Below are positions 27,533 to 35,642 of a stretch of 64,000 nucleotides of DNA, one piece after another. Origin of the DNA: Deltaproteobacteria bacterium (lineage in GTDB: Bacteria; Desulfobacterota; Syntrophia; Syntrophales; UBA8958); contig JAPLJZ010000252.1 in the NCBI GenBank assembly GCA_026388335.1, positions 4,862 through 68,861 on the forward strand, read 5' to 3'. Below the pieces are notes generated by a model. It saw nothing but the letters and a program-made list of their open reading frames with translations, ran no database searches and was not told the DNA's origin. How positions within the stretch are numbered: position 1 is the first letter of the stretch; every line of letters begins with the position of its first letter. The translations under genes were made by a program, and so were the position numbers.

Positions 27533-28249
27533 ATGATTGAAAATTTTATCGAAAATGCCTCCTCATACGTTCAGACCTCCATGTTGCTGGCATATCTGGC
27601 CGTGTATCTGGGCGGGGTGCTGGTAAGCTTCACCCCCTGCACCTATCCGGTTGCCCCCATTACCGTGGCCTTCATCGGCGCCCACAGCAGCGGCTCAAAG
27701 ATGAAAGGTTTTGTTCTTTCTCTAATTTACGTCTTGGGAATGGCCCTGACCTATACCGCCATCGGCGCTGCGGCAGCCCTGACGGGGAAACTCTTCGGCC
27801 AGGTGCAGAGCAACCCCTGGGTATACTTTTTCATAGCGAATGTGTGTATGATCATGGGGTTGTCCATGCTGGAAGTCTTTAACCTGCCGATCCGGACGCC
27901 AGATTTTATTACCCGGCTTCAGCCCCGGGGGGAAACGAAGGGGGCCATCGGGGCGTTTTTTGTCGGCGCCGCGTCGGGTCTGGTCATGGGGCCCTGTACG
28001 GCCCCGGTGCTGGCTGTCCTCCTCAGTTTCGCCGCTACCCGGCAGAGCATTCCCTATGCCATGAGCCTCCTGTTTGTCTTCGCCTTCGGCATGGGTACCC
28101 TGCTGATCATCCTGGGAACCTCGGCAGGACTGCTGGCGAATCTCCCCCGGTCAGGGGTGTGGATGACCCGGGTGAGCCATATTTCCGGCTGGATTATGAT
28201 CGGGGTGGGAGAATATCTGCTGATTCAGGCGGGGATGCTCTGGGGATAA
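27533..28249 (+). CDS. ccdA: Cytochrome c biogenesis / thiol-disulfide electron transporter CcdA (DsbD core) family
   Basis: Polytopic membrane protein with conserved SFTPCTYP and MGPCTAPV Cys-Pro motifs. An alternative TTG start lies at 27497. Confidence 0.85.
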   Translation: MIENFIENASSYVQTSMLLAYLAVYLGGVLVSFTPCTYPVAPITVAFIGAHSSGSKMKGFVLSLIYVLGMALTYTAIGAAAALTGKLFGQVQSNPWVYFFIANVCMIMGLSMLEVFNLPIRTPDFITRLQPRGETKGAIGAFFVGAASGLVMGPCTAPVLAVLLSFAATRQSIPYAMSLLFVFAFGMGTLLIILGTSAGLLANLPRSGVWMTRVSHISGWIMIGVGEYLLIQAGMLWG

Positions 28250-28271
28250 CGAAAAAATTTGGGGAGTTTCT

Positions 28272-28748
28272 ATGCCGAACCGTCATTTACACGTTTATTG
28301 GGTAACAGCGATCCTGGTAGTATTTCTTCTGGCCTCCTCCGGGTGTTTCGCCCAGGAGCGGGCGTCGGAATTCAGTCTGCGAGATCTTAACGGCCGTAGC
28401 TTCACGTTAAAGGACTACCGGAACAAAACCGTCCTCCTGATCTTCAGCACCACATGGTGCCCCTCCTGCCGATCGGAGATCCCCCATTTCAAGCAAATCT
28501 ATCAAACCTACGGCCACCGGGGATTAGAGATGGCCAACATTGACATCCAGGAATCACGGGACAAGGTCGCCCGCTTCGCCGCTAAATATCAATTACCCTA
28601 TCGGATCCTGCTAGATGAAAAAGGGGATGTTGCGTCGGCTTACGGGATCGTGGGCGTTCCCGCCATGATCCTCATCAAAGACGGCGTGGTGGTTACCCGG
28701 AATTATCGCTCGGTTGATGGAACTCTGGAGAAACTTTTCAGGAAGTGA
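28272..28748 (+). CDS. TlpA/ResA-family thiol-disulfide oxidoreductase lipoprotein
   Basis: Lipobox SSGC; thioredoxin fold with WCPSC. Confidence 0.85.
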   Translation: MPNRHLHVYWVTAILVVFLLASSGCFAQERASEFSLRDLNGRSFTLKDYRNKTVLLIFSTTWCPSCRSEIPHFKQIYQTYGHRGLEMANIDIQESRDKVARFAAKYQLPYRILLDEKGDVASAYGIVGVPAMILIKDGVVVTRNYRSVDGTLEKLFRK

Positions 28749-28815
28749 CGGAACCAGACAGGTGTATCGTATAACCCAGTCACAGTGGTATTGACATTCT
28801 ATCGGAGAGGAAAGC

Positions 28816-29688
28816 ATGGCATTAGCACTTTCTAACAATAGTCGGCAAATGCCCGGCAATATGATGAAGCCGGGTGTCGAACAATCTCTCGTCTATTCAA
28901 CCCCCCTTGGCGCTCTTTATACGGGAGACTGTCTTGATCTGTTCCCTTTCCTACCCACGGAGACCGTGGATACCATTTTTGCCGATCCGCCCTTCAACTT
29001 GGCCAAAAAATATGGGAAAGCCGTCAATGACAGTCGATCAGAAGACGATTATTTGAGCTGGTGCCGAAGATGGCTGGACGAATGCATCCGGGTCCTCAAA
29101 CCCGGCGGCGCCCTTTTTGTCTATAATCTCCCCAAGTGGAACATTCCCATCGGCTGCCATTTGTCTCAGAAAGGGATGATTTTCAGACACTGGATCGCCA
29201 TAAATATCAAGCTTTCTCTGCCTATTCCGGGGCGGCTTTATCCCTCTCACTATAGCCTCCTCTATTACACCAAAGGAAAACCCCAAACATTCAGAAAGAT
29301 CAGAACCCCCATTGAACAATGTCGGCACTGTAGCAAGGAAATCAAAGATTACGGCGGGCACCGTCATGCCATGAATCCCAACGGAGTGAATCTGACAGAT
29401 GTGTGGAATGATATCACACCGGTCCGACACTGGAAATTCAAAGACAAAAATCGCCGGGTGAATCAACTCTCCACGAAGTTGGCCGCGAGAGTGATTCAAC
29501 TATCAACCAATAAATGCGATCTGGTCTTAGATCCCTTCGGGGGCAGCGGCACCACCTATGATGTCTGCGAGCGCCTGGATCGTCATTGGCTTGGCTTCGA
29601 GGTGATCAGTTGTGAGACGATTATCGAAAGACTACAAAACTCCCTCCTACATCCCCATAAATCAGACGACTTTGTCGAGGAAGACTGA
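28816..29688 (+). CDS. DNA methyltransferase, beta-class order (motif IV before motif I)
   Basis: IFADPPFN (motif IV) lies near the N-terminus and DPFGGSGTT (motif I) near the C-terminus. DPPF favours N6-adenine, but N4-cytosine is not excluded. Confidence 0.85.
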   Translation: MALALSNNSRQMPGNMMKPGVEQSLVYSTPLGALYTGDCLDLFPFLPTETVDTIFADPPFNLAKKYGKAVNDSRSEDDYLSWCRRWLDECIRVLKPGGALFVYNLPKWNIPIGCHLSQKGMIFRHWIAINIKLSLPIPGRLYPSHYSLLYYTKGKPQTFRKIRTPIEQCRHCSKEIKDYGGHRHAMNPNGVNLTDVWNDITPVRHWKFKDKNRRVNQLSTKLAARVIQLSTNKCDLVLDPFGGSGTTYDVCERLDRHWLGFEVISCETIIERLQNSLLHPHKSDDFVEED

Positions 29689-29697
29689 TACCGCAAC

Positions 29698-31059
29698 GTG
29701 AAACGCCAAACATCACAAGACATCTTGGCTGAAGACTTCAGGAACCTGCTTTTCCCTCTTCATCGCCGGCCTTTCCCGGATCTGGACGATACTTATGAGT
29801 TGGAATTGGCCTTTTATGAGCATCGCCTCCTGACGGATGACGAACTCTTAGGCAATGGGGCTTACTTTGCCCAGGTCGGCGCTGATTGGACCCGTCATTA
29901 TCGGATTTGCACTGGCGACGCCCTAAAGCTCCCGGATGATTCATCACGATTAAAATCCTTTTTCATAAGGAACATCTTCCGCACCGGTTATGCAACCCAC
30001 GGGTTATTTCCCTACCGAGGAAAATTTCATCCTCAGATGATTAAGGCGCTTTTGAACATTATGGGGCTTAAACCCGGTCAGACTGTGCTGGACCCGATGA
30101 TGGGCTCCGGTACGACGCTTATCGAAGCGTCGATTATGGGAATCAATTCTGTCGGTATTGACGCCAGCCCTTTCTGCCGTTTCATGACCCAAACGAAGAT
30201 CGATGCCTTAACCATGTCGCTGAAACGCGCCCACGGGGCGTTGGTCAATCACCAGGAGGTCTTTTCCTATTTTCAGAGCAAGGTTGGAGCGCCAATTGTG
30301 GGGTCAAAGAGTAGCGGCAAGAGAATATCTAAAGATCTTGACAGGTTGATGGAGCCTCCTGCTGACTATAATACTCCCCAACGCAGTCAATCTCTACAAA
30401 GGCAGGATACCATTGACACTTATCACTTCCTATTACTGGCCTATTTAGACAGCGCCGGCTATGCGGAACGAAGTCAGCGTAAAACACCCCTTGCTCAGTT
30501 TCGGGTTGTCTTGGAACGCTACCTGTTTGTAGCCGAAAAATTTCAAAAAATTCTCCATGAATCTCCCTGGCTATTGGGCGCGGCAAAGGTCATCGAAGGC
30601 GACGCCAGATCGTTCCCCTTGGAGAATGCAAGCATCGACGGCATCATCTTTTCGCCCCCATACAGCTTTGCCATCGATTATCTTGCTAACGACGCTTTTC
30701 ATCTGCATTTCATGGGAATAGAAGAAGAAACGCTACGTAACAAGATGATCGGCCTGAGAGGGCGCACCTTAGCGGACAAATTCGGCTATTATGATGAAGA
30801 TATGGGATCGGTCCTGTCCGAGTGCGGCCGGGTGCTCAAACCGGGGAAGTTTTGCACCGTTATCATTGGTACCAACAATAACCAACTCAGCAAGGTCCTC
30901 GGTGTGCCCCCCGACGAAGTAGCAGGACTGCACGAAAGATTGCAGGAAAAAGGCGCTAATTATGGATTGAGAATCGTGAAGTCGATGAGCAGGCCCATCA
31001 CGGGGATCGCCAATACGATGCGGCGGGAATATATCCTTGTCTTTCAACGCGGCGGGTGA
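29698..31059 (+). CDS. DNA methyltransferase, motif I before motif IV (SPPY)
   Basis: VLDPMMGSGTT (motif I) lies about 185 aa upstream of IIFSPPYSF (motif IV). GTG start with a weak RBS, so the start is uncertain. Confidence 0.8.
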   Translation: MKRQTSQDILAEDFRNLLFPLHRRPFPDLDDTYELELAFYEHRLLTDDELLGNGAYFAQVGADWTRHYRICTGDALKLPDDSSRLKSFFIRNIFRTGYATHGLFPYRGKFHPQMIKALLNIMGLKPGQTVLDPMMGSGTTLIEASIMGINSVGIDASPFCRFMTQTKIDALTMSLKRAHGALVNHQEVFSYFQSKVGAPIVGSKSSGKRISKDLDRLMEPPADYNTPQRSQSLQRQDTIDTYHFLLLAYLDSAGYAERSQRKTPLAQFRVVLERYLFVAEKFQKILHESPWLLGAAKVIEGDARSFPLENASIDGIIFSPPYSFAIDYLANDAFHLHFMGIEEETLRNKMIGLRGRTLADKFGYYDEDMGSVLSECGRVLKPGKFCTVIIGTNNNQLSKVLGVPPDEVAGLHERLQEKGANYGLRIVKSMSRPITGIANTMRREYILVFQRGG

Positions 31060-31060
31060 T

Positions 31061-31669
31061 TCACCACAGGGCGCGCCCGTCCGTCCCTTTGCTGATTCTG
31101 GGCACTGCTGTGCTCACGGCGTCGTGTTCAACAGCAATCACCACCAGCAGCCCTTCCTCGATGTTCAGAGCTTGCCATAAGTGAAAATAAGGCTCTATTT
31201 CCGGATAGTTACCAACGCGATCCGTCAGATATTGGTACATTTTCCCCGTCGGCAGGATCAGCACCCCGCCGATGAGAATCTTCTTCAAGATGCCCAAGGC
31301 CATTTTGTTCAAAGCCCGGTGACTTGAGGATATGTTTCCTGTTTCCCATTCCACGCAGAATAACTTTTCATCCACAGGAAAGGTTGCATCCATAGGTCCG
31401 GGGCGACGTTGAGCGGAAATGGAGACAGGCGTTTCCAGACGCCATCCCCAAACACTCAATTTTTCCATGAACATCAGCTTGATGGGCTTCACACCGCTAC
31501 CCATTCCCCGCTTTTTCCCCGGTTCGTCATATAACGTGAATAACCCCGAACCAATCGGCCAATCGACCGCATGTATTGCATCAATAAGTTGTTGCTCAAT
31601 TTGCCGCCATGCCGCCGATTGAGAAAACTTCCCTCTGTCAATAATGCGTTCGATGGTTACGATTTTCAT
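31061..31669 (-). CDS. BamHI-family type II restriction endonuclease
   Basis: GPMD...VEWETGNISSSHRALNK...YLTDRVGNYPEIEPYF...SKGTDG is collinear with my recollection of BamHI (GPID...MEFETGNISSAHRSMNK...YLTDRVTNFEELEPYF...PKGSDG). The catalytic D/E/E positions are included. Confidence 0.8.
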   Translation of the reverse strand: MKIVTIERIIDRGKFSQSAAWRQIEQQLIDAIHAVDWPIGSGLFTLYDEPGKKRGMGSGVKPIKLMFMEKLSVWGWRLETPVSISAQRRPGPMDATFPVDEKLFCVEWETGNISSSHRALNKMALGILKKILIGGVLILPTGKMYQYLTDRVGNYPEIEPYFHLWQALNIEEGLLVVIAVEHDAVSTAVPRISKGTDGRALW

Positions 31670-31676
31670 GAAAGCG

Positions 31677-31961
31677 TTAATCCTTATCTGACTGTGGAAT
31701 CTTTGGTGTTTCCTGGGGCTGCATAGCTCTGATTATCTCATCCGGCGCCACGCTCAACGCCCCGGCAAGGCGAAATATTGTTTGCAGGGATGGACTTTTC
31801 TGCCCTCGCTCCAAAAGGCTTATGTAAGTCCGGTGATAGCCGCTTTGAAACCCCAATCCTTCCTGGGAAAGGCCACGTTCCAAGCGAAGTTGGCGTAAAA
31901 CTTCACCAAAACGCAATTCAATACCATCAATTTTTCTTACGTCCGAATCCATTTTCCCCAC
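31677..31961 (-). CDS. XRE-family HTH controller (C) protein of the R-M system
   Basis: 94 aa with HTH LSQEGLGFQSGYHRTYISLLERG. It lies immediately upstream of and co-oriented with the endonuclease gene. Confidence 0.75.
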   Translation of the reverse strand: MGKMDSDVRKIDGIELRFGEVLRQLRLERGLSQEGLGFQSGYHRTYISLLERGQKSPSLQTIFRLAGALSVAPDEIIRAMQPQETPKIPQSDKD

Positions 31962-31990
31962 CGATATGGCTTTATGAGTAAAGCAATGAA

Positions 31991-32015
31991 TACTATAAAT
32001 CTACAGACTATAGTA
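31991..32015. promoter_or_regulatory. Candidate C-box operator upstream of the controller gene
   Basis: TACTATA-N11-TATAGTA inverted repeat 30-54 nt upstream of the C-gene ATG. The right half lies within the 8-bp palindrome ACTATAGT. Confidence 0.35.
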
Positions 32016-32175
32016 TGAACGCAGGAATTACTTTGAGAAAAGCCAACGAAAGCTAAGGCGATTTGACTATGGTGATGATCGTGTCGTTTCCCGGCATGGA
32101 GAATTTACTGAAATTATATGGGCATGAAAATGACCAGCAACGTCGTCAGTTAAATAATTATATCAGAGATATAAG

Positions 32176-32197
32176 TCACTTCTGTGCACAGAAGTGA
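32176..32197. repeat. Perfect 22-bp palindrome in an AT-rich non-coding stretch
   Basis: TCACTTCTGTGCACAGAAGTGA equals its own reverse complement. Confidence 0.9.
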
Positions 32198-32519
32198 GGT
32201 TAAAGAAGTGGCAGGATGCGGGGCGGTAAGGCCGATAATATTACTCCAATCAAGATCACAAAAATGATCGCGGTGCCGGCTCGTAGGGTTTTTTGTCTCC
32301 GCTATGGGTATGGGGCTCATATTCCACGGACTTGTTGAGGCCATCGGGCAATACGGTATCCTGCCGAAGTGAAAAGCTATTTCGCACATCTATGATATTA
32401 GCCACATCAGAAATGGGAATGCACTATTTTATCAATTCAATTTTATTTCGTTAATCTCTCTTTAACTGACATCGGGTTCGTAACCATCCATACCCACACA
32501 CTTTTCTATTAGTTTTGCT

Positions 32520-32548
32520 TTGACATGAAAGTGAAACTACACTATACT
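32520..32548 (+). promoter_or_regulatory. Near-consensus sigma70-type promoter for cyuA-cyuP
   Basis: TTGACA (32520-25), 17-nt spacer, TATACT (32543-48), about 90 nt upstream of the cyuA ATG. Confidence 0.45.
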
Positions 32549-32638
32549 CTCGCCCCGTAAGAGGAATATCATGTCAGTTATTTTATACAATACATCCCGT
32601 GTCTGCACCAAGGAAATTACCATTCCAAGGAGGAATCC

Positions 32639-33931
32639 ATGAAGTTATTAAAGAAGATTTTCGAGCACGAGGTTTTTCCCGCTATCGGTTGCACGGAACC
32701 GATCTCCTGCGCCTATGCGACGGCGGCCGCCGCCGGACAGCTTGATGCCCCGGTGGAAAAAATTGAGCTCGTTGTTGACCCCGGCACATTTAAAAACGGT
32801 GCGGCCGTTACGATCCCAAACAGCAAGGGTCGGAAAGGCAATCTCATCGCAGCGGCCATGGGGGCGATTATTGCGAGACCGGAACTGCGGCTGGAAATCC
32901 TCAAGGAAGTATCACCGGATATTCTGAACAAGGCTCTGGCGCTAATCGATAGGGAAGCCGTCTCTTATTTGTGCAAAGAGGATGAAAAAGGGTTTTATAT
33001 CGAGGCAAAACTTACAGGCGGCGCTTCCCGCGTGCGATGTGTCGTCATCGGCGGCCATACCAATATCGCCGTCCTTGAGAAAAACGGCATCTCGTGTATC
33101 GGGACGCCTTCTCAAGCGCCGGCCCAGAGCGACCTTTATCACGATAAAATGAGGAACATGAAGCTGGAAGATGTCCTGCGCGAGGTCACCGATCTGGATG
33201 ACGAGGAACGTTCCTATATCCAACGCGGCATTGACATGAACCTGGCAATTGCGGAAAAAGGCGTCGATTTAAAGAGAAACGCCTACCAGCTTCGGCAGAT
33301 GATGAAACAGGGGCTCAAGGCCGATGACCTTTTTCACCGGGTCAAGGAAAAAGTCGCTTCTGCGGTGGATGCGCGCATGGGCGGCCTGCCCGAGCCTGTT
33401 ATGACCAGCGGCGGCTCCGGCAACCAGGGCGTCCTCACCGTCCTGGTCCCCTATCTGGTGGGCAGGCATCTGGAAATCGAACTACCGCGCATCCAGGAAA
33501 GCATTGCCGTGAGCCACGCCGTCAATTCATACATTAAAAGCTACACCGGCGAACTGTCCGTTATCTGCGGCTGCGCCATTGCAGCGAGCATCTCCGCCTC
33601 ACTTGCCATCGTTTACCAGCAGGCGGGGATCGACATCGAGAAAATGACCTATGCCATCGACAATGTCATCGGCGACCTGTGCGGGATAATCTGCGACGGC
33701 GCCAAAGCGGGATGCTCGATGAAGATCGTCACCGGGGCCGAGGCGGCAATGCGCTCGGCGTTCATGGCCTTGGCCGGTTACGGGCTTTCCAATGACGACG
33801 GCGTGCTGGGAAGGTCGGCGGAAGAATCCATCCGCAACCTGAGCAAAATCTCGCTGGAGGGCATGCAGCTTGTCGATTCCACCGTGGTCCATATCCTTCA
33901 GGATAAAACGACGCGCAGCGGTCAGGCTTAA
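32639..33931 (+). CDS. cyuA: L-cysteine desulfidase family protein (UPF0597/YhaM)
   Basis: N-terminal FPAIGCTEPISCAYA and C-terminal ICDGAKAGCSMK motifs of the YhaM/CyuA family. AGGAGG RBS. Confidence 0.85.
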   Translation: MKLLKKIFEHEVFPAIGCTEPISCAYATAAAAGQLDAPVEKIELVVDPGTFKNGAAVTIPNSKGRKGNLIAAAMGAIIARPELRLEILKEVSPDILNKALALIDREAVSYLCKEDEKGFYIEAKLTGGASRVRCVVIGGHTNIAVLEKNGISCIGTPSQAPAQSDLYHDKMRNMKLEDVLREVTDLDDEERSYIQRGIDMNLAIAEKGVDLKRNAYQLRQMMKQGLKADDLFHRVKEKVASAVDARMGGLPEPVMTSGGSGNQGVLTVLVPYLVGRHLEIELPRIQESIAVSHAVNSYIKSYTGELSVICGCAIAASISASLAIVYQQAGIDIEKMTYAIDNVIGDLCGIICDGAKAGCSMKIVTGAEAAMRSAFMALAGYGLSNDDGVLGRSAEESIRNLSKISLEGMQLVDSTVVHILQDKTTRSGQA

Positions 33932-33976
33932 CAGGGAACTGCCAAAAAAAACGGCATGGAAGGGAAGGATGAAAAC

Positions 33977-35311
33977 ATGGAACCCACAACCGGTCCGGAT
34001 TTCGCGGGGCAGGCGTCAGCCGGCAAAATATCGGAGCTAAACAAACTGCAATGGAAGGAAGCTACCCGTTTCGACAGCACCGACTGGGGCTGGGTGATCA
34101 TGAGCATCGGCATGGCCATCGGGGCCGGCATCGTTTTCCTTCCCGTGCAGGTCGGACTGACGGGATTATGGGTGTTCCTTTTGTCGTCCGCCATCGGGTA
34201 TCCCGCAATGTACCTGTTCCAGCGCCTATTTGTGAACACCCTGGCCGATTCCCGGGTGTGCACCGATTACCCCGGGGTGATCACGAGTTATCTGGGCAAA
34301 AACTGGGGAATGGCCCTGGGAATATTGTATTTCTTGATGCTGGTGATCTGGGTTTTTGTATATTCTACTGCCATCACCAACGACAGCGCTTCATTTATCC
34401 ATACCTTCGGCTGGACGAAGAACCTCTTGTCCGAGAATCCCTTTTACGGCCTGGCGCTGATCATCTGCCTGGTGGCTGTGGCCTCGCGCGGGGAAAGGCT
34501 GTTGTTCAAAGTAGCAACCGTCCTTGTTTTGACCAAACTTTGCGTCGTTGCGTTCCTGGGAATTTCAATGGCGCCGGCCTGGAATTTGCAAAATGTCGGT
34601 GCGGTGCCACCCTTGGGCAAGCTGATCGATAAATTCATCATTATGCTCCCGTTCACCCTTACCTCCATCCTCTTTATCCAGAGTCTTTCGCCGATGGTCA
34701 TTTCTTACCGGGCCAAGACAAAGTCCATCGAAGTCGCCAGGTACAAGGCAATGCGGGCGATGAACATCGCGTTCGGAGTCCTGTTTGTCGTAGTTTTCTT
34801 TTATGCTATATCCTTTACCCTAGCGATGGGCCATGACGCGGCGGTGGAAGCCTCCAGGGAGAATATCTCAGCGCTGGCCATGGTCGCGTCGATGATGACC
34901 GGCCACGGTGCACACAGCGTGGTGGTGAAGATCCTGTCGCTCATCCTTAACATATTCGCCGTCGTGACGGCGTACTTCAGCGTATTCCTCGGATTCCGGG
35001 AAGCTTGCCAAGGCATTGCCATGAACGTTCTGCGTCGGACCATGCCGGAAGATAGGATCAATAAAACAATGGTATCCAGAGGCATTCTGGTCTTCACGGT
35101 CCTGGTGTCCTGGGGGGCGATCGTGCTGGACGCGCCGGTACTCTGCTTCACTTCGATATGCAGCCCCATCTTCGGCCTGGTCGGCTGCCTCATCCCGGCC
35201 TATCTCGTTTACCACGTGCCCGAGTTGCACAAATACAAGGGGTTTTCCCTGAAGATTATCATCGCAACAGGCATATTGCTTATAATTTCACCTTTCCTAG
35301 CCTTTTCATGA
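33977..35311 (+). CDS. cyuP: HAAAP-family amino-acid (cysteine/serine) transporter, YhaO/CyuP-like
   Basis: Long collinear match to my recollection of E. coli YhaO (FDSTDWGWVIMSIGMAIGAGIVFLPVQVGL, LSPMVISYR, FTSICSPIFG). An alternative ATG lies at 33956. Confidence 0.85.
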   Translation: MEPTTGPDFAGQASAGKISELNKLQWKEATRFDSTDWGWVIMSIGMAIGAGIVFLPVQVGLTGLWVFLLSSAIGYPAMYLFQRLFVNTLADSRVCTDYPGVITSYLGKNWGMALGILYFLMLVIWVFVYSTAITNDSASFIHTFGWTKNLLSENPFYGLALIICLVAVASRGERLLFKVATVLVLTKLCVVAFLGISMAPAWNLQNVGAVPPLGKLIDKFIIMLPFTLTSILFIQSLSPMVISYRAKTKSIEVARYKAMRAMNIAFGVLFVVVFFYAISFTLAMGHDAAVEASRENISALAMVASMMTGHGAHSVVVKILSLILNIFAVVTAYFSVFLGFREACQGIAMNVLRRTMPEDRINKTMVSRGILVFTVLVSWGAIVLDAPVLCFTSICSPIFGLVGCLIPAYLVYHVPELHKYKGFSLKIIIATGILLIISPFLAFS

Positions 35312-35344
35312 ACGGAAGTTCTTGCCAATCGGTCTTTGTGTCCG

Positions 35345-35480
35345 ATCTTTTTTCTGAAAGTCTTAGGCCGAATAATTTCATTGCTGTAGTAGCTTTCAAA
35401 AGCAAATCGTGATAATCAGAATGTGAAAAAGGCATTTGAAAATGTTCCATCTCGGGTAATCATTCTTGAGGGAAATATGG
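35345..35480. repeat. Non-coding repeat element, copy B (core 35394-35421)
   Basis: Core TTTCAAAAGCAAATCGTGATAATCAGAA; see copy A. Same orientation, also directly 3' of a plus-strand gene. Confidence 0.6.
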
Positions 35481-35493
35481 AATAGCCAATAAC

Positions 35494-35529
35494 AACCCCG
35501 TATCTTTTAAAGAAGGTCGGGGTTTTTTA
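35494..35529 (+). terminator. Intrinsic terminator-like hairpin with T-run
   Basis: AACCCCG (35494-500) pairs with CGGGGTT (35518-24), followed by TTTTTTATT. Confidence 0.5.
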
Positions 35530-35642
35530 TTGAAAACCAGTATGGCAATAATATTTTTCCTTATTTGTTAGGCAGCTTTAAGGTCAATGTGAAGTTAGAT
35601 CCTCCCAAGCACCACCACCGATGCACTCGGCAGGAGGAGTTT

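Noticed and set aside
32150-32389. 79-aa minus-strand ORF in the AT-rich spacer
   Set aside because: It has no RBS, no recognisable motif and an odd composition. Pseudogene debris or a chance ORF is more likely.
32470-32495. tRNA-like T-arm (GGGTTCGTAACC) in the spacer before cyuA
   Set aside because: No acceptor stem, D-arm or anticodon arm can be drawn around it, so it is an isolated chance match.
35565-35642. N-terminal extensions in the ORF track (35565, 12482, 49201, 19752, 58093, 54508, 4450, 16692, 9524, 61394 and others)
   Set aside because: In each case an internal ATG or GTG preceded by a good RBS gives a canonical family N-terminus and removes an overlap with the upstream gene. 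The extensions start at weak TTG/GTG/ATG codons without an RBS.
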